Origin: Nemertoderma westbladi
Lineage: Eukaryota > Animalia > Xenacoelomorpha
Assembly (NCBI GenBank): GCA_032718475.1
Contig: JAUCBJ010001357.1
Location: 1-58,877 of the forward strand
Reading direction: 5' to 3'
DNA length: 58,877 bases
The position numbers and the translations under genes are program-made. Positions 1 through 10,427 of this stretch are shown here, one piece after another; the first letter of the stretch is position 1, and every line of letters starts with the position of its first letter. Under the pieces are notes generated by a model. The model made no database searches. It was not told the origin of the DNA and saw only the letters and a program-made list of their open reading frames with translations.

Positions 1-1
1 C

Positions 2-1312
2 TGCCTCTGCCTCTGCCTCTGCTGCCTTTTTTGTTGCCTCTGCCTCTGTCGCTGCTGCTGCTATCTTTCTTGCTGCCTCTGCTTCTGCAGCTGCTACTGC
101 CTTTCGATCTTCTATTCGTTTTTTCTGGACTTGTGTTTCCTGGGCTCTAGCGATGCGTCTTTCCTCATCAAATTTAGCTTGATCTTCAGCTAACATCTCA
201 GCATCGAGGTCGTCCAACACACGCTTAGCCCCTGCACTATTAGGTGAAAGTCCATGCAGCCGTCTTCTCAACTCCTCGTCTCCTATGAATCGCTGATAAT
301 CTGACAAATATGTATCAATTGCATCTCTCTTTGGTGGACCTTCTGGTGTTTCTTCGATTTCCACTTGAGAAAGGAGGGCATCAGTTGATTCATCGTAGGA
401 GGGTTGCTCCATCAGCCGGGGTTTCCACTGGGCTGTCTCTTTAACTTCGCGCTCTATTCGCTGGAACCAAGTTTTGACAGCGACTTGCAGAGAAGTGTCC
501 TGCTTTCTTTTCGACGTTTCCTCAAAGGCCGATAGGATCAGTCTAATACGTAAGGTACTTGCACGTATTTGATAACGCAGCTCTTCCTGTTCTTGAGGTC
601 CTAGGGTTTGTCTAAACAGCTGTTCCTGCTTCTGTAAGGAGTTGAAAAATCCCCGCACATATCCTGCTGCGGACTTCTTCCAAACAGCTGGATCCATAGT
701 ATCTTTAGCCACCCCCATCTTGTGTATATCTTCCCAAGTCACTTCTGACAAATCGAGCGGTAATCCTATTCCAGGATTATTCCAATTTGACTCGACGACA
801 GACATCAATTCTTCCCTTGCGTATCCCCAATAACTATCTTGGGTCGATTTCTTGTTTCTCGCCCAATCTTTTAGGTGTTCCTCCACCGAGATCAAGACCG
901 CAGCCATCTTCGCAGTCGGTAGAGTGAGAAGGGGATCAAGGTAAGAGGGATCCAATGTCTCCACTTTGCGTTCGGGGGTCAGCTCTACAGTATCAGAATT
1001 ACTGGAGCTGTCAGATCGCTGGGAAATAGGTTCTGGACCAGGAGGTTGTTGTGGTGGGCCAGCTTCTTCTCGGTTCCGTTTGACCTGGGCCCGAGTGCCT
1101 ATAATAGACCTATGGTGTGTTGACTTGGGATCTAATTCTACTACTAGAGGGGTGACTTTCCTTTCAGTAGGAGGTGAACTGGGCTCTGCCTGAGTCCTAT
1201 CAGTCTTATCACTCCTATCTGAGTCACAGATGGTAGTGTCTGGTGGACTGTCCGACAGGTTCTGTGTAATGTCTGATGGACTGTCCGACAGGTTCTGTTG
1301 TGTGTCAGACAT
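2..1312 (-). CDS. gag: Gag N-terminal region of copy A (partial, open to the window edge, so missing from the ORF track)
   Basis: Manual translation from the ATG at 1312 gives MSDTQQNLSDSP...GTRAQVKR...KRDAIDTYLSDYQRFIGDEELRRRL..., matching ORF 55253..56026. No stop was seen. Confidence 0.85.
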   Translation of the reverse strand, partial: MSDTQQNLSDSPSDITQNLSDSPPDTTICDSDRSDKTDRTQAEPSSPPTERKVTPLVVELDPKSTHHRSIIGTRAQVKRNREEAGPPQQPPGPEPISQRSDSSSNSDTVELTPERKVETLDPSYLDPLLTLPTAKMAAVLISVEEHLKDWARNKKSTQDSYWGYAREELMSVVESNWNNPGIGLPLDLSEVTWEDIHKMGVAKDTMDPAVWKKSAAGYVRGFFNSLQKQEQLFRQTLGPQEQEELRYQIRASTLRIRLILSAFEETSKRKQDTSLQVAVKTWFQRIEREVKETAQWKPRLMEQPSYDESTDALLSQVEIEETPEGPPKRDAIDTYLSDYQRFIGDEELRRRLHGLSPNSAGAKRVLDDLDAEMLAEDQAKFDEERRIARAQETQVQKKRIEDRKAVAAAEAEAARKIAAAATEAEATKKAAEAEAEA

Positions 1313-2689
1313 ATTTTAGTTGTACAGTTGAATGTCTACTGCTATAATCACAGTTAAAGCAAGTCTAGTAATTCAGTAAGACTGTTGGCCTAGTACCGGT
1401 AATTAATTGCAATATATTAGAATACCGGTATACACTTATAGTATATATAAGTATAACAGACTAGGTTTGTCACAAAGTACCGGTATATAATTTTAGCACA
1501 AATATATATAAATATATAATAGGCCTATCGTAAATACCGGTATACAGCTGACACTTATAGTATATATAAGTATAACTATTACTAGAATTAATTAAAGAAT
1601 ACCGGTATGATTTCAGTTCAAATTTATAGAAATAAATATAATAAACCTATTAGAGATACCGGTATATCAATTATTTAGGATAATTGAATTTCTGAAATTA
1701 TAAGTTACTTAGTTACTTGAGTTTACTTTGTTACCGTTATGCAAGCAGTAGTCCAACTGATATTGTGACCTACTTGTTGTATGGCAGGCCTACTGATTTA
1801 TAAATCTTTGGAGTTGATTTATAATATATATATATATATACCCTGATAAGGGATTTCGTTACAAGATTGAAATAGGTGTTACTATTTCCGGCAAAATACC
1901 ACTACACAGAAGCTAAGCGCTTTCAGTGAAGTACTACTTATGGGACACTAAACAGAATAATTCTACTGGCCTACGTTACTTATTTACTAGTTACTTACTA
2001 TTGGTGAGATTACAATCTCTAATAAACACACAAAACGTTACGTACAGCAATTTTTAGGGCAATTTTACAGGGAAACTACTAACCAGTCTAACAAAGGGTT
2101 AGAACTTCTGGCTATTACAACGAACAGGATACTACGGTATTTGAAAATAATGAGCAGAAGTAAATACTGCGTTGTCTAGGTAGGAAAATACCACCGCCTG
2201 ACGACCTACAGCCGTATCGCTATAGGTACAACGTTATGTATCTACGGAGTGTTCCTACCTAGAAGTTAATTACCGCCGTCTACCAGAACGAGCGTGCCTA
2301 TTAACCACTTTACAACACAATAATGCCTACACTAATTACTTTCGGAAAGCACTGTACACTAAACCCTAAATTAGGTACAAGTACTTGTAAAAACAGATAA
2401 CCAGTAGTTAAATATACTTGAACAGTTAAAAGAACCACAGCATCTGCTGGAGTGACCGGGGCACTAAGTCACCAGTCTTTACCTACGCCAAGCAGCCCGT
2501 GTAGTACTGGGGTTAATTTAACTATAACGGTATGTATAACAAACACAATTACTGTAGGAATAAACTTGGGGACATGAATGTTGCGAGTAATCGCATAAAC
2601 TCTGAATAATAAATATTACGCTACCCGTACAGAATACTCAAATAAAATACAAACCAAATGCTGACAAACTACCATTAAGCCTAAATAAA

Positions 2690-3165
2690 CTACAGGATGT
2701 GCAGATTCCGAAACTTGTTAGTGAGTATGCGTGCTAATACGGTAGCGCGGCTTATTCTTTATGGGGGTTGACCTTACAACTTACGAGTTGCCCCAACTTA
2801 CTAACTGGCACCTATCAGACTCTCTACACACGCGGCAATCTCTTCAGACCCAACAACAACTAGGCAACAATCCAGCCTACAAAATATCTAAATAATACTA
2901 TTACGGTATCTGAACAGACTATACAGACAGTACAGTATAAACGCTGACGGACTACTATCAAGCCTAAATAACCACAGTATATGCAGATTCCGAAACTTGT
3001 TAGTGAGTATGCGTGCTAATACGGTAGCGCGGCTTATTCTTTATGGGGGTTGACCTTACAACTTACGAGTTGCCCCAACTTACTAACTGGCACCTATCAG
3101 ACTCTCTACACACGCCGTAATCTTCAAGCCTAACAACAGTCAGACAACAGTCTAGCCTACAATGA
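2690..3165. repeat. ~282-bp tandem duplication in the copy A leader
   Basis: GCAGATTCCGAAACTTGTTAGTGAGTATGCG occurs at 2701 and 2983. The equivalent duplication in copy C lies at about 53350-53900. Confidence 0.85.
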
Positions 3166-3490
3166 TCTGAACAATCTGAGCAGACTTACACGTCTTCTAC
3201 TCAATACTAACTTACACGTGAATAAAATCGACAGAAATAAGTAAACTGTACAGAAGAATGAGGGGTGATCAATCCCTAATCCCCTAGCAGCCCACAATAT
3301 ACACTATATCACAATCGAAATAATACTAATGCACTTGGACAGCAGTACCGGTTATGACAGTTAGGCCTACGGACCTACGGTAATAGTACCGGTTATGACA
3401 GTTGGGCCTACTGACCTACTGGTACCGGTTCTGATGTACCGGTACTTTTCAATCTTATTGCTTACCGCAAATAAGATCGATAGCTATTAT

Positions 3491-4742
3491 TGTACGCGCT
3501 TTTATAGACCTTCAGCAGTTTAACCTGCCGAAATTTATATGTCTTTATTGATAAACTGCCTTTTATAAGATGACAAGATTTAATACAAAAACAAACCAAA
3601 AACATTAGCCGAAGCCAGTCCATGCGCGTCCAAATGACCCGTTTATAACACCGGGAGACTGGATTCGTGGGCTTAAATTTATTTGCGGTCAAGCCTACTG
3701 TATTATTCGATTGATTACTAATATATAATCTCTTACAAATATTATTCACTTTCGGGAAATATTAGCAGTTCCTTTTAGGACGTGGCGCTCTACCTATGTA
3801 AACAGAGTTATGACTGATACTACACACAACGATATGGCTTAAATTTCAAGCATAGGGCGCATTCTTTAGGAATGCTTTATTATCAGATTCAATCACTTTA
3901 CAATCACGCACGCTACCGGTAACGCACAACACTGCTCACTGATATGCCGACAGTTACTGACTTTTATCAGGTATAAAGAGATATGCACTGGACTCAGGTA
4001 GTGTCTGTCAAACAACATTAGATTCACTACAAACACAATAATAAAGTCGCAATTGTTGTACATAACCCTTCTCTCTAACCTGTAGTGTATCAAGGATATT
4101 GGGAAAATTGTGGGTTGATTATTGATATTCTTCAACTAATAACATCCAATTATACTGATACAAAATTACAAACAGTAAAAGCAGTATGACGGTAGGTTAA
4201 GATACAATTAGATTGCAAGTAATGAGATCAATGAATTAAAATGAGTTGAATGAATTGAATCGTTTGTTTGTTTGGTATGAATCGATAAGATAATAGCTAT
4301 GCTTTCTATAATTTAGCCTACTAATGTTCTTATAAAAAGGCAGAAAACATTTCGCTATTTCAACACGGTCTTAAAACACTGATAATAAAGTCTTAAAATC
4401 CTAACCAAAAGTCCCGTGACTTTAGCTCTCTTATTTTCCAAGAATCCCGTTCAACACATGTAATCAGCAGTGAGACAGGATAATTTCAGTTCAGTAGCTC
4501 GGGATTGGTCGAAATCAGAACTAACTCAACGCAGGGCTATGGGTAACTGGGGCAACCTTCCCAAGCCGGCTGTCCAATCGAACAGCTCAGATTCCTCCTA
4601 AAGGATTCCAACGCCTTGGAGGGGGGAACTGGTTAGCAAAGAAAACAAATCAGTCATATCCCAGAAAAACCTTTACAGTAGGTTTCAGAGTATTTTAGCG
4701 TATGGGGGAAAAACTGGGTTGCGGGGCGAAGGGCCAGTTACA
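3491..4742 (-). repeat. 5' LTR of copy A (~1.25 kb, TGT...ACA)
   Basis: On the minus strand it begins TGTAACTGGCCC (4742) and ends AAAAGCGCGTACA (3491), matching the ends of the B and C LTRs. The 4742 boundary is less certain because the U3 half is divergent. Confidence 0.7.
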
Positions 4743-4826
4743 TCCCACAGAAGCTTTTATAATAACAGATTTGTTTATTGTTGTGTATTGAGGTAATTAT
4801 TTTCAATTTACTTTAAAATTTGGAAA

Positions 4827-5171
4827 ATGGATATTTTAAATGAAAAATGTCCAGTTTGCTATTCTAAGTTATTGCAACATCGAGATTATTATAAGTGTGA
4901 AAATAAACATGCAACTTGCGTACAATGTATTGTACAATATTCCGAAATGAATAATTATTGTTCTAAAATTTGTCCTATTTGTCGCGCACCCATATCTAAG
5001 TTTAATATAAAGTTGGCAAGATACCAACCCTATTATTGGAAAGAGCTTCGCAATATAACTTATATTTCTGCGGAAAGTAATGATCCAGGAGATTTATTTA
5101 CAATATTGGAGAATATTTTTTATAGAAATGTAGTACGACGGTGTTGCTACTATATTCCTTATTTTTTTTAG
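4827..5171 (+). CDS. RING-finger (C3HC4-like) protein, putative E3 ligase, Polinton accessory gene
   Basis: CPVC...C-x3-H-x2-CVQC...CPICRAPI pattern. Confidence 0.75.
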   Translation: MDILNEKCPVCYSKLLQHRDYYKCENKHATCVQCIVQYSEMNNYCSKICPICRAPISKFNIKLARYQPYYWKELRNITYISAESNDPGDLFTILENIFYRNVVRRCCYYIPYFF

Positions 5172-5500
5172 CAGCGAACATAAAAAAATCATTAGCGCGA
5201 AATTCTCAGGAAGTGATTTCCAAACCGCCGATGTTACCTATCATTATTTCGCGTATAAAGATGCTCACCATGCTTGAAATTACATTGAAAATGAGTCTAT
5301 ACTATAATTGGAAATAGCACCTTTTGTTGCAGCGAGCGTCACATACTGTAGTTGTGTCATATGTTAATTAAATATACAGTACTCTAATATTGTAGTTGCA
5401 TCAATTATTGTTATATACATAGTAATGGTGATGGTTTATTGATATTGATATTGATATTATATTATATTGTATTGTTGATATATCTTAATAATAATAATAA

Positions 5501-6181
5501 ATGGCTGACTTTAATTCAGGTCCATATAATTTAAACTTTCAAATGGGAACGAGTATGATAATTTCTGGCCCATCGGGTTCTGGAAAGTCAACATTTGTGA
5601 GCAATTTAATTAAACACAAGAATGGTTGTTTCAACGAAGCCCCCTTGCGAGTATTGTATTGTTACGGGAGCAATCCCCCAACTATTCCTGGTATTACTCA
5701 CCTTTACAAAGGTTTGCCAGAAAATATAGATAGTTTAGTGAATAGTCGAGATTTATTAATTATAGATGATTTATTAACAGAAACTGAGTCCAGTACAGCT
5801 TTAACTGTATTGTTTACTAAGGTAGCTCATCATTCCAATATATTTAGTTGTTTTATAACGCAAAACATGTTTTACGGTGGGAAGCATAACCGCACAAGAT
5901 CAATTAATAGCCATACTTTAGTATTAATGAAAAATCCGCGAGACAGTTTATCGGTTTTAAGTTTCGCGAAGCAGATGTTACCAGGGCAGACCAAATTTTT
6001 AGTAGATTCCTATCAAGATGCGACTATTGAACCATTTTCGCATTTCTTAATTGATTTACGACAGGAAACACCCGAACATTTAAGATTTAGATCGGATATA
6101 TTTCGTAATCATAATTGTTACATTAAAAATTACATTGACTATAAACGTAGCGAAAATAATAATAATAATAATAATAAATAA
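5501..6181 (+). CDS. DNA-packaging ATPase (A32/FtsK-HerA-like)
   Basis: Walker A GPSGSGKS, Walker B LLIIDD, and FTKVAHH...ITQN, KNPRD motifs typical of Polinton ATPases. Confidence 0.92.
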   Translation: MADFNSGPYNLNFQMGTSMIISGPSGSGKSTFVSNLIKHKNGCFNEAPLRVLYCYGSNPPTIPGITHLYKGLPENIDSLVNSRDLLIIDDLLTETESSTALTVLFTKVAHHSNIFSCFITQNMFYGGKHNRTRSINSHTLVLMKNPRDSLSVLSFAKQMLPGQTKFLVDSYQDATIEPFSHFLIDLRQETPEHLRFRSDIFRNHNCYIKNYIDYKRSENNNNNNNK

Positions 6182-6218
6182 TTAATATTTTGTAACAATT
6201 TTCAATAATGTTGCAACA

Positions 6219-6602
6219 ATGAATAGACTTGTGCAGGAATATCGTAACGAACTGGAATTTCTACGCAGCACTACACCTCAACAAAGAACTTATTTTATTA
6301 ACCATACCGCGAGTAACGAATTAATACGGCTCATTGTAAATACTGCATTAAATGTTCTAAAAGGTAACGTACAATTGACCCCTCATTCATTTAGAAATAT
6401 TCGCCGCTATAAAAAGGTATTGAAATCACTCAACTGTAAAACAAAAAATATATCAAGTTACAGAAAAAAGTTAAGCAATCAATCTGGAGGTATACTACCG
6501 TTTCTAATACCCTTACTCGGTATTGGTGCGAAACTCGCCGCGAGTGCCGGTGCCGCTGCCGCTGGAGCGGCTATTGCGAAAAAAATTAACCGTGGACGGT
6601 AA
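6219..6602 (+). CDS. Small basic Polinton virion protein with a QSGG site followed by a hydrophobic/amphipathic helix
   Basis: LNVLKGNVQL...QSGG/ILPFLIPLLGIGAKL. It lies between the ATPase and the integrase. Confidence 0.7.
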   Translation: MNRLVQEYRNELEFLRSTTPQQRTYFINHTASNELIRLIVNTALNVLKGNVQLTPHSFRNIRRYKKVLKSLNCKTKNISSYRKKLSNQSGGILPFLIPLLGIGAKLAASAGAAAAGAAIAKKINRGR

Positions 6603-6604
6603 TA

Positions 6605-6775
6605 ATGGTTAAAACAGGAGTAACATTTAGAAAATTATATTTAGTATCGAGTAAACCGTTAGCTACTGATTTAAAACCTCAAGATATACCTAGAGTAAAT
6701 ACTACAAAAAGAAAACCCTTTAAAACATCAACTTCAAAAAAAATAATAAAAAAATTTCAGTTGTTTTTATGGTGA
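6605..6775 (+). CDS. Small basic ORF (56 aa), possible Polinton gene or remnant
   Basis: The ATG is 2 nt after the previous stop (TAATAATG). It reads MVKTGVTFRKLYLVSSKP... Confidence 0.35.
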   Translation: MVKTGVTFRKLYLVSSKPLATDLKPQDIPRVNTTKRKPFKTSTSKKIIKKFQLFLW

Positions 6776-6826
6776 TGCCCTTTATAAGAGATTTGAATAT
6801 ACATATTACTTGCGGTTGTCGAAAAG

Positions 6827-7880
6827 ATGCCACGCAAGATGAAACCGATTTTAAGCCGAAGCTTAGACAAAAAACTGTTAAGAATTTATTTAGATCCTTC
6901 ATCCCCTGCGGGATTTGCAAGTATCGCAAAATTAGCAAAAGCCGCAAACATCAAACCAGCTCAAGCTCAGAAATGGTTGAGCGGGCAAAAGACATACTCC
7001 CTTCACGCACCACGTAGACATCATTATCCAACATCTAAATTATTTACGGGAGGCTTAAAAGATATATATATGATAGATCTGGTAGATATGCAGCAATATA
7101 AATCGCAAAATAATAATTATAACTATATATTAACATGTATTGATGCCTTTAGCCGGCTTGCTTTTGCCTATGGTATGAAAACAAAAAAGGGTATTGAAAT
7201 TATTAGTATATTGCAAAAAATATTCCAGAAAGGAAAACCAAACAGAATCGCAACTGATCAAGGGTCTGAGTTTCTAAATAAATCTGTAAGGAAATATTTA
7301 GATACTATTGGTATACAGTATTATGTAATTCAATAGAACATTAAAAACAAAGATGTTCAAAATTTTCACGCAACGGGGAAATAATGTTTGGATAAAAATT
7401 TTACCGAAGCTCATTTATGCTTATAATAGGTCATATCATAGGACAATACAAATGACACCCATTGAAGTTAATAAATTTAATAAAACTGAATTAATGAATA
7501 GATTATATGGGAAATATAGACAGATTAATCACAAGAAAATAAAATTTAAAGTTGGAGATACAGTACGATTATCTATCGCTCGTACTGCTTTTGCTAAAGG
7601 CTATCGAGAACAATGGACACGTGAATTATTTATTATTCATCGGGTCAGATTGGATAGAGTACCAGCAGTAATGTTCGATATTAAGGACAGCGCTGGAGCT
7701 ATAATAAATGGCTCATTTTATTCATACGAACTCCAAAAGGTCCACCCGAATAGTAATATTTATCTTCCGATTGACAAAAATATTGGCAAACTTAAAGAAC
7801 GTGTATGTAATGGGAAAAAAGAATATTTAGTCTGATTCATCGGATCCAAGAAACAGTCGTGGGTACAGCATATTCAATAA
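6827..7880 (+). pseudogene. Retroviral-like (rve) integrase with C-terminal chromo-like tail, disrupted
   Basis: IDLVDM, CIDAFSR, TDQGSEF, YNRSYHRTIQMTP, FAKGYREQWTRE, GSFYSYELQ. A frameshifting deletion lies at about 7330. An in-frame TGA at 7833 falls inside EYLV*FIGSKKQSWV. Confidence 0.9.
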
Positions 7881-8143
7881 GTTTAGGTTTATACTGTATA
7901 TTAATTCATTTTGGTCACATATGTCCGTAATTAATTAATCAATCAATATTAACTCGAATGATATTACTATACTATAGTTCATTCGCTTTAAATAAAGCCA
8001 GTAAAATATTGATCCCTCGCATATACTGTAGAAGCGAAGCGGGAATGAACGTGGTCACAGATGTCTATAATTTAACATTATACCGTACTGTACTGTACTG
8101 TATGTACAAAGGAGTCAAGTAGAGAGCTTAAATAATAATAATA

Positions 8144-9022
8144 ATGGCTGTAGATACATATATCACTCTACTTTCAGATAGCTCATTAAACACTTACCCC
8201 AATAATAACCCTAGCGAGTTTACTGTTGATTTAGCCGAAGAATTATATATTGATCCAAACGCTAAAATTGGACTCGCGGAGATACAATACCAAGCAACAT
8301 ACAGTAATATTACTCTGCAAACTCAAATCTCGCTGTCAATCGGGGTAGATGCAAAAGATGCCAAATTATATAGTTTATTTCCTGGTATGCATAGCTCTAT
8401 TCAAGTCATTATTGATGATATAAATAAACTGTTCAATTCTGAAGCGAAATATAGAGATTTCGAATTCATTTTTAATACAAATAATTCTAGAATTAAATTT
8501 AAATTTCCTAAAAAGTTGAAAAAAATACAATTAAGTCTACGTGGTGATTTAATTCAAATTCTAGGCTTAAAACCGTTATTGGATCAGAATCATCCGGGTA
8601 TTCCGAATTGGGATATATACAGTACCACTACAGTGGATGAATTAAGCAATATAGAACAGCCGATATTAATTTTAAATTATAGTGGACCAAAAATTTCGGA
8701 AATTGGGATTTTAGATTTTCCAGCTCCCACAAATATTACTCGTAATAAAGATACTATCTTCATATATACAGATATTATTAAGAGCTCATTTGTTGGTGAC
8801 GCTTTAGCACCGCTCTTAAGAACCTGTCCTTTAACACAATTAAATCGAAAATATATTAATCACGAATACGAGAGCATTTGCTATTACCCATTGTTGAATA
8901 AAAAACTAAGAACAATCTTAATTACTTTACGTGACGGCCAAGGTGAATTAATTAATTTCAGCGGAGGTCGCACTGTTATAACACTTAAGTTAATACGCGG
9001 TGGTGGTGGTGGTGATGGATGA
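8144..9022 (+). CDS. Minor capsid (penton-like) protein 1
   Basis: YITLLSDSS..YPNNNPSEF, IGLAEI, IYTDII..SFVGDALAPLLR, LRDGQGELINF.GG..VITL. Confidence 0.85.
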   Translation: MAVDTYITLLSDSSLNTYPNNNPSEFTVDLAEELYIDPNAKIGLAEIQYQATYSNITLQTQISLSIGVDAKDAKLYSLFPGMHSSIQVIIDDINKLFNSEAKYRDFEFIFNTNNSRIKFKFPKKLKKIQLSLRGDLIQILGLKPLLDQNHPGIPNWDIYSTTTVDELSNIEQPILILNYSGPKISEIGILDFPAPTNITRNKDTIFIYTDIIKSSFVGDALAPLLRTCPLTQLNRKYINHEYESICYYPLLNKKLRTILITLRDGQGELINFSGGRTVITLKLIRGGGGGDG

Positions 9023-9860
9023 GCTCTACGTTAGACTACCAAGTAACTCCTGTCCAATTGATTTTCCTCGTAATACTGCTAGTAATTATCAGATAAATTT
9101 CCATGGCGCCTTACCTATAAATCCAAACGAAAACTGGGTGGTAGGTATAAAAAGTATATTTTACTTAGCCACATTGCCGTCCATGTATAACAATGTAGAG
9201 AATGTTATTTTATTAAAAAAAGGGAAAAAAAATTTTGAGGATACACTTCCATCTGGTTTGTTCTACAGTATCAATGACATTATAGATTATTTTAACACTG
9301 GGGCGTTGAAAGATAAATTACAAATAGTTGAAAATACTCAGCAAAATAGGTTGCAATTTATTTTAGGGAAAACTGTACGAGAGTTATTTATAGGTCAACA
9401 ATTAGCCTATTATTTTGGAATTACTGAAAATAATCTCGGCGCGAATTTAAATCCAAATTTTAAAATTATTTTGAAGACGAAAAATAATATAAAGGGTTAT
9501 TTAATAAAGGTTATCGGAAATGAAGAAAAAGCTTACCAGATGGTATTTTTATGCCCTCATCCACCCAATTCTATTCCAGAACCTAAATCGAACATGTACG
9601 TGACTACTAATATAATTCAAAATGAATATATTAATGACTTTGGTTTAGCCTTACTTCGTCGTGTCGCGATACCTGATGACGTGAAATATGGTAGTGTAAT
9701 AAATAAAGAATTTGTCAAGGATACAATTCATTATATCCCTGTAAAAAAATCATATAAGATAACATACATTCATATTGAAATAACAGACAAAGAAGGAAAA
9801 GATTTGAATTTTGAATACGGAACAACTTCAATTACCTTACACTTTAAACGAATAAATTAA
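9015..9860 (+). CDS. Minor capsid (penton-like) protein 2, a divergent paralog
   Basis: YVRLPSNS...FPRNTASNY, WVVGIKSI, YVTTNII...LLRRV, HYIPV, ITDKEGKDLNFEYGTTSITLHF. The ATG is at 9015. Confidence 0.82.
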   Translation: MDELYVRLPSNSCPIDFPRNTASNYQINFHGALPINPNENWVVGIKSIFYLATLPSMYNNVENVILLKKGKKNFEDTLPSGLFYSINDIIDYFNTGALKDKLQIVENTQQNRLQFILGKTVRELFIGQQLAYYFGITENNLGANLNPNFKIILKTKNNIKGYLIKVIGNEEKAYQMVFLCPHPPNSIPEPKSNMYVTTNIIQNEYINDFGLALLRRVAIPDDVKYGSVINKEFVKDTIHYIPVKKSYKITYIHIEITDKEGKDLNFEYGTTSITLHFKRIN

Positions 9861-9861
9861 A

Positions 9862-10425
9862 ATGGATTCCGATTTATTTCAAAGATACAGTAAACCTCAA
9901 TATGGTGGTGCAGACTCTAATCTTGCTGTTTTTAAAGGCGGTAGAAGTACGAGAGGCTCGACGCAAGTTCCTGTTTTTCGAGGTGGTTCATATATTGACC
10001 CTTACGGACAACAAATTGGTGCATTTGGTCCAAACTTAAAACAACGTCGTTTTCAACGTTATCGTAGAGGTATGTTGCGAACAAATCAACACGGGGAAGG
10101 TATATTTACAGACGCTTTATCTACATTGAAAAAATTTGGTAAGCCATTAGCAAAAAAAGTGTTACAAAAAGCTTTACCATTTACCACAAAATTTATGAGA
10201 CAACACGTAATACCAAAAGGTAAGCGGGTCTTACATCAGCAGGCTAATACGGTTATTAATAAAGCATTAAATAAAATGAAACCATCCACAAGATCGGTTG
10301 TAGAAAAAGTTTATAGAGACTTAAAGCGACCTACTAGACCAATGTCTATGAACATACATCATCGACGTAGTAAAAAGAGAAAAATAAAAGGCAAACTGAA
10401 ACACTGCGAAAAAAGTATTTTTTAA
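9862..10425 (+). CDS. Basic core/membrane-active virion protein with multiple xGG/GxG protease sites
   Basis: QYGG, FKGG, FRGG, QHGEG/IFTDALSTLKKF, a basic tail ending IF, and a position immediately upstream of the major capsid gene. Confidence 0.72.
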   Translation: MDSDLFQRYSKPQYGGADSNLAVFKGGRSTRGSTQVPVFRGGSYIDPYGQQIGAFGPNLKQRRFQRYRRGMLRTNQHGEGIFTDALSTLKKFGKPLAKKVLQKALPFTTKFMRQHVIPKGKRVLHQQANTVINKALNKMKPSTRSVVEKVYRDLKRPTRPMSMNIHHRRSKKRKIKGKLKHCEKSIF

Positions 10426-10427
10426 TA

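Larger units (their letters stand above)
1..4742 (-). mobile_element. BEL/Pao-like LTR retrotransposon, copy A (5' LTR, ~2.2-kb leader, start of gag; continues off the left edge)
   Basis: The reverse complement of 1-4330 is colinear with copy C (about 52300-55960) across the LTR 3' half, the leader and the gag N-terminus. Confidence 0.85.

Noticed and set aside
3462-4135. Short ORFs inside the LTR (also 27945 and 52133)
   Set aside because: They are not preserved as ORFs among the three LTR copies.
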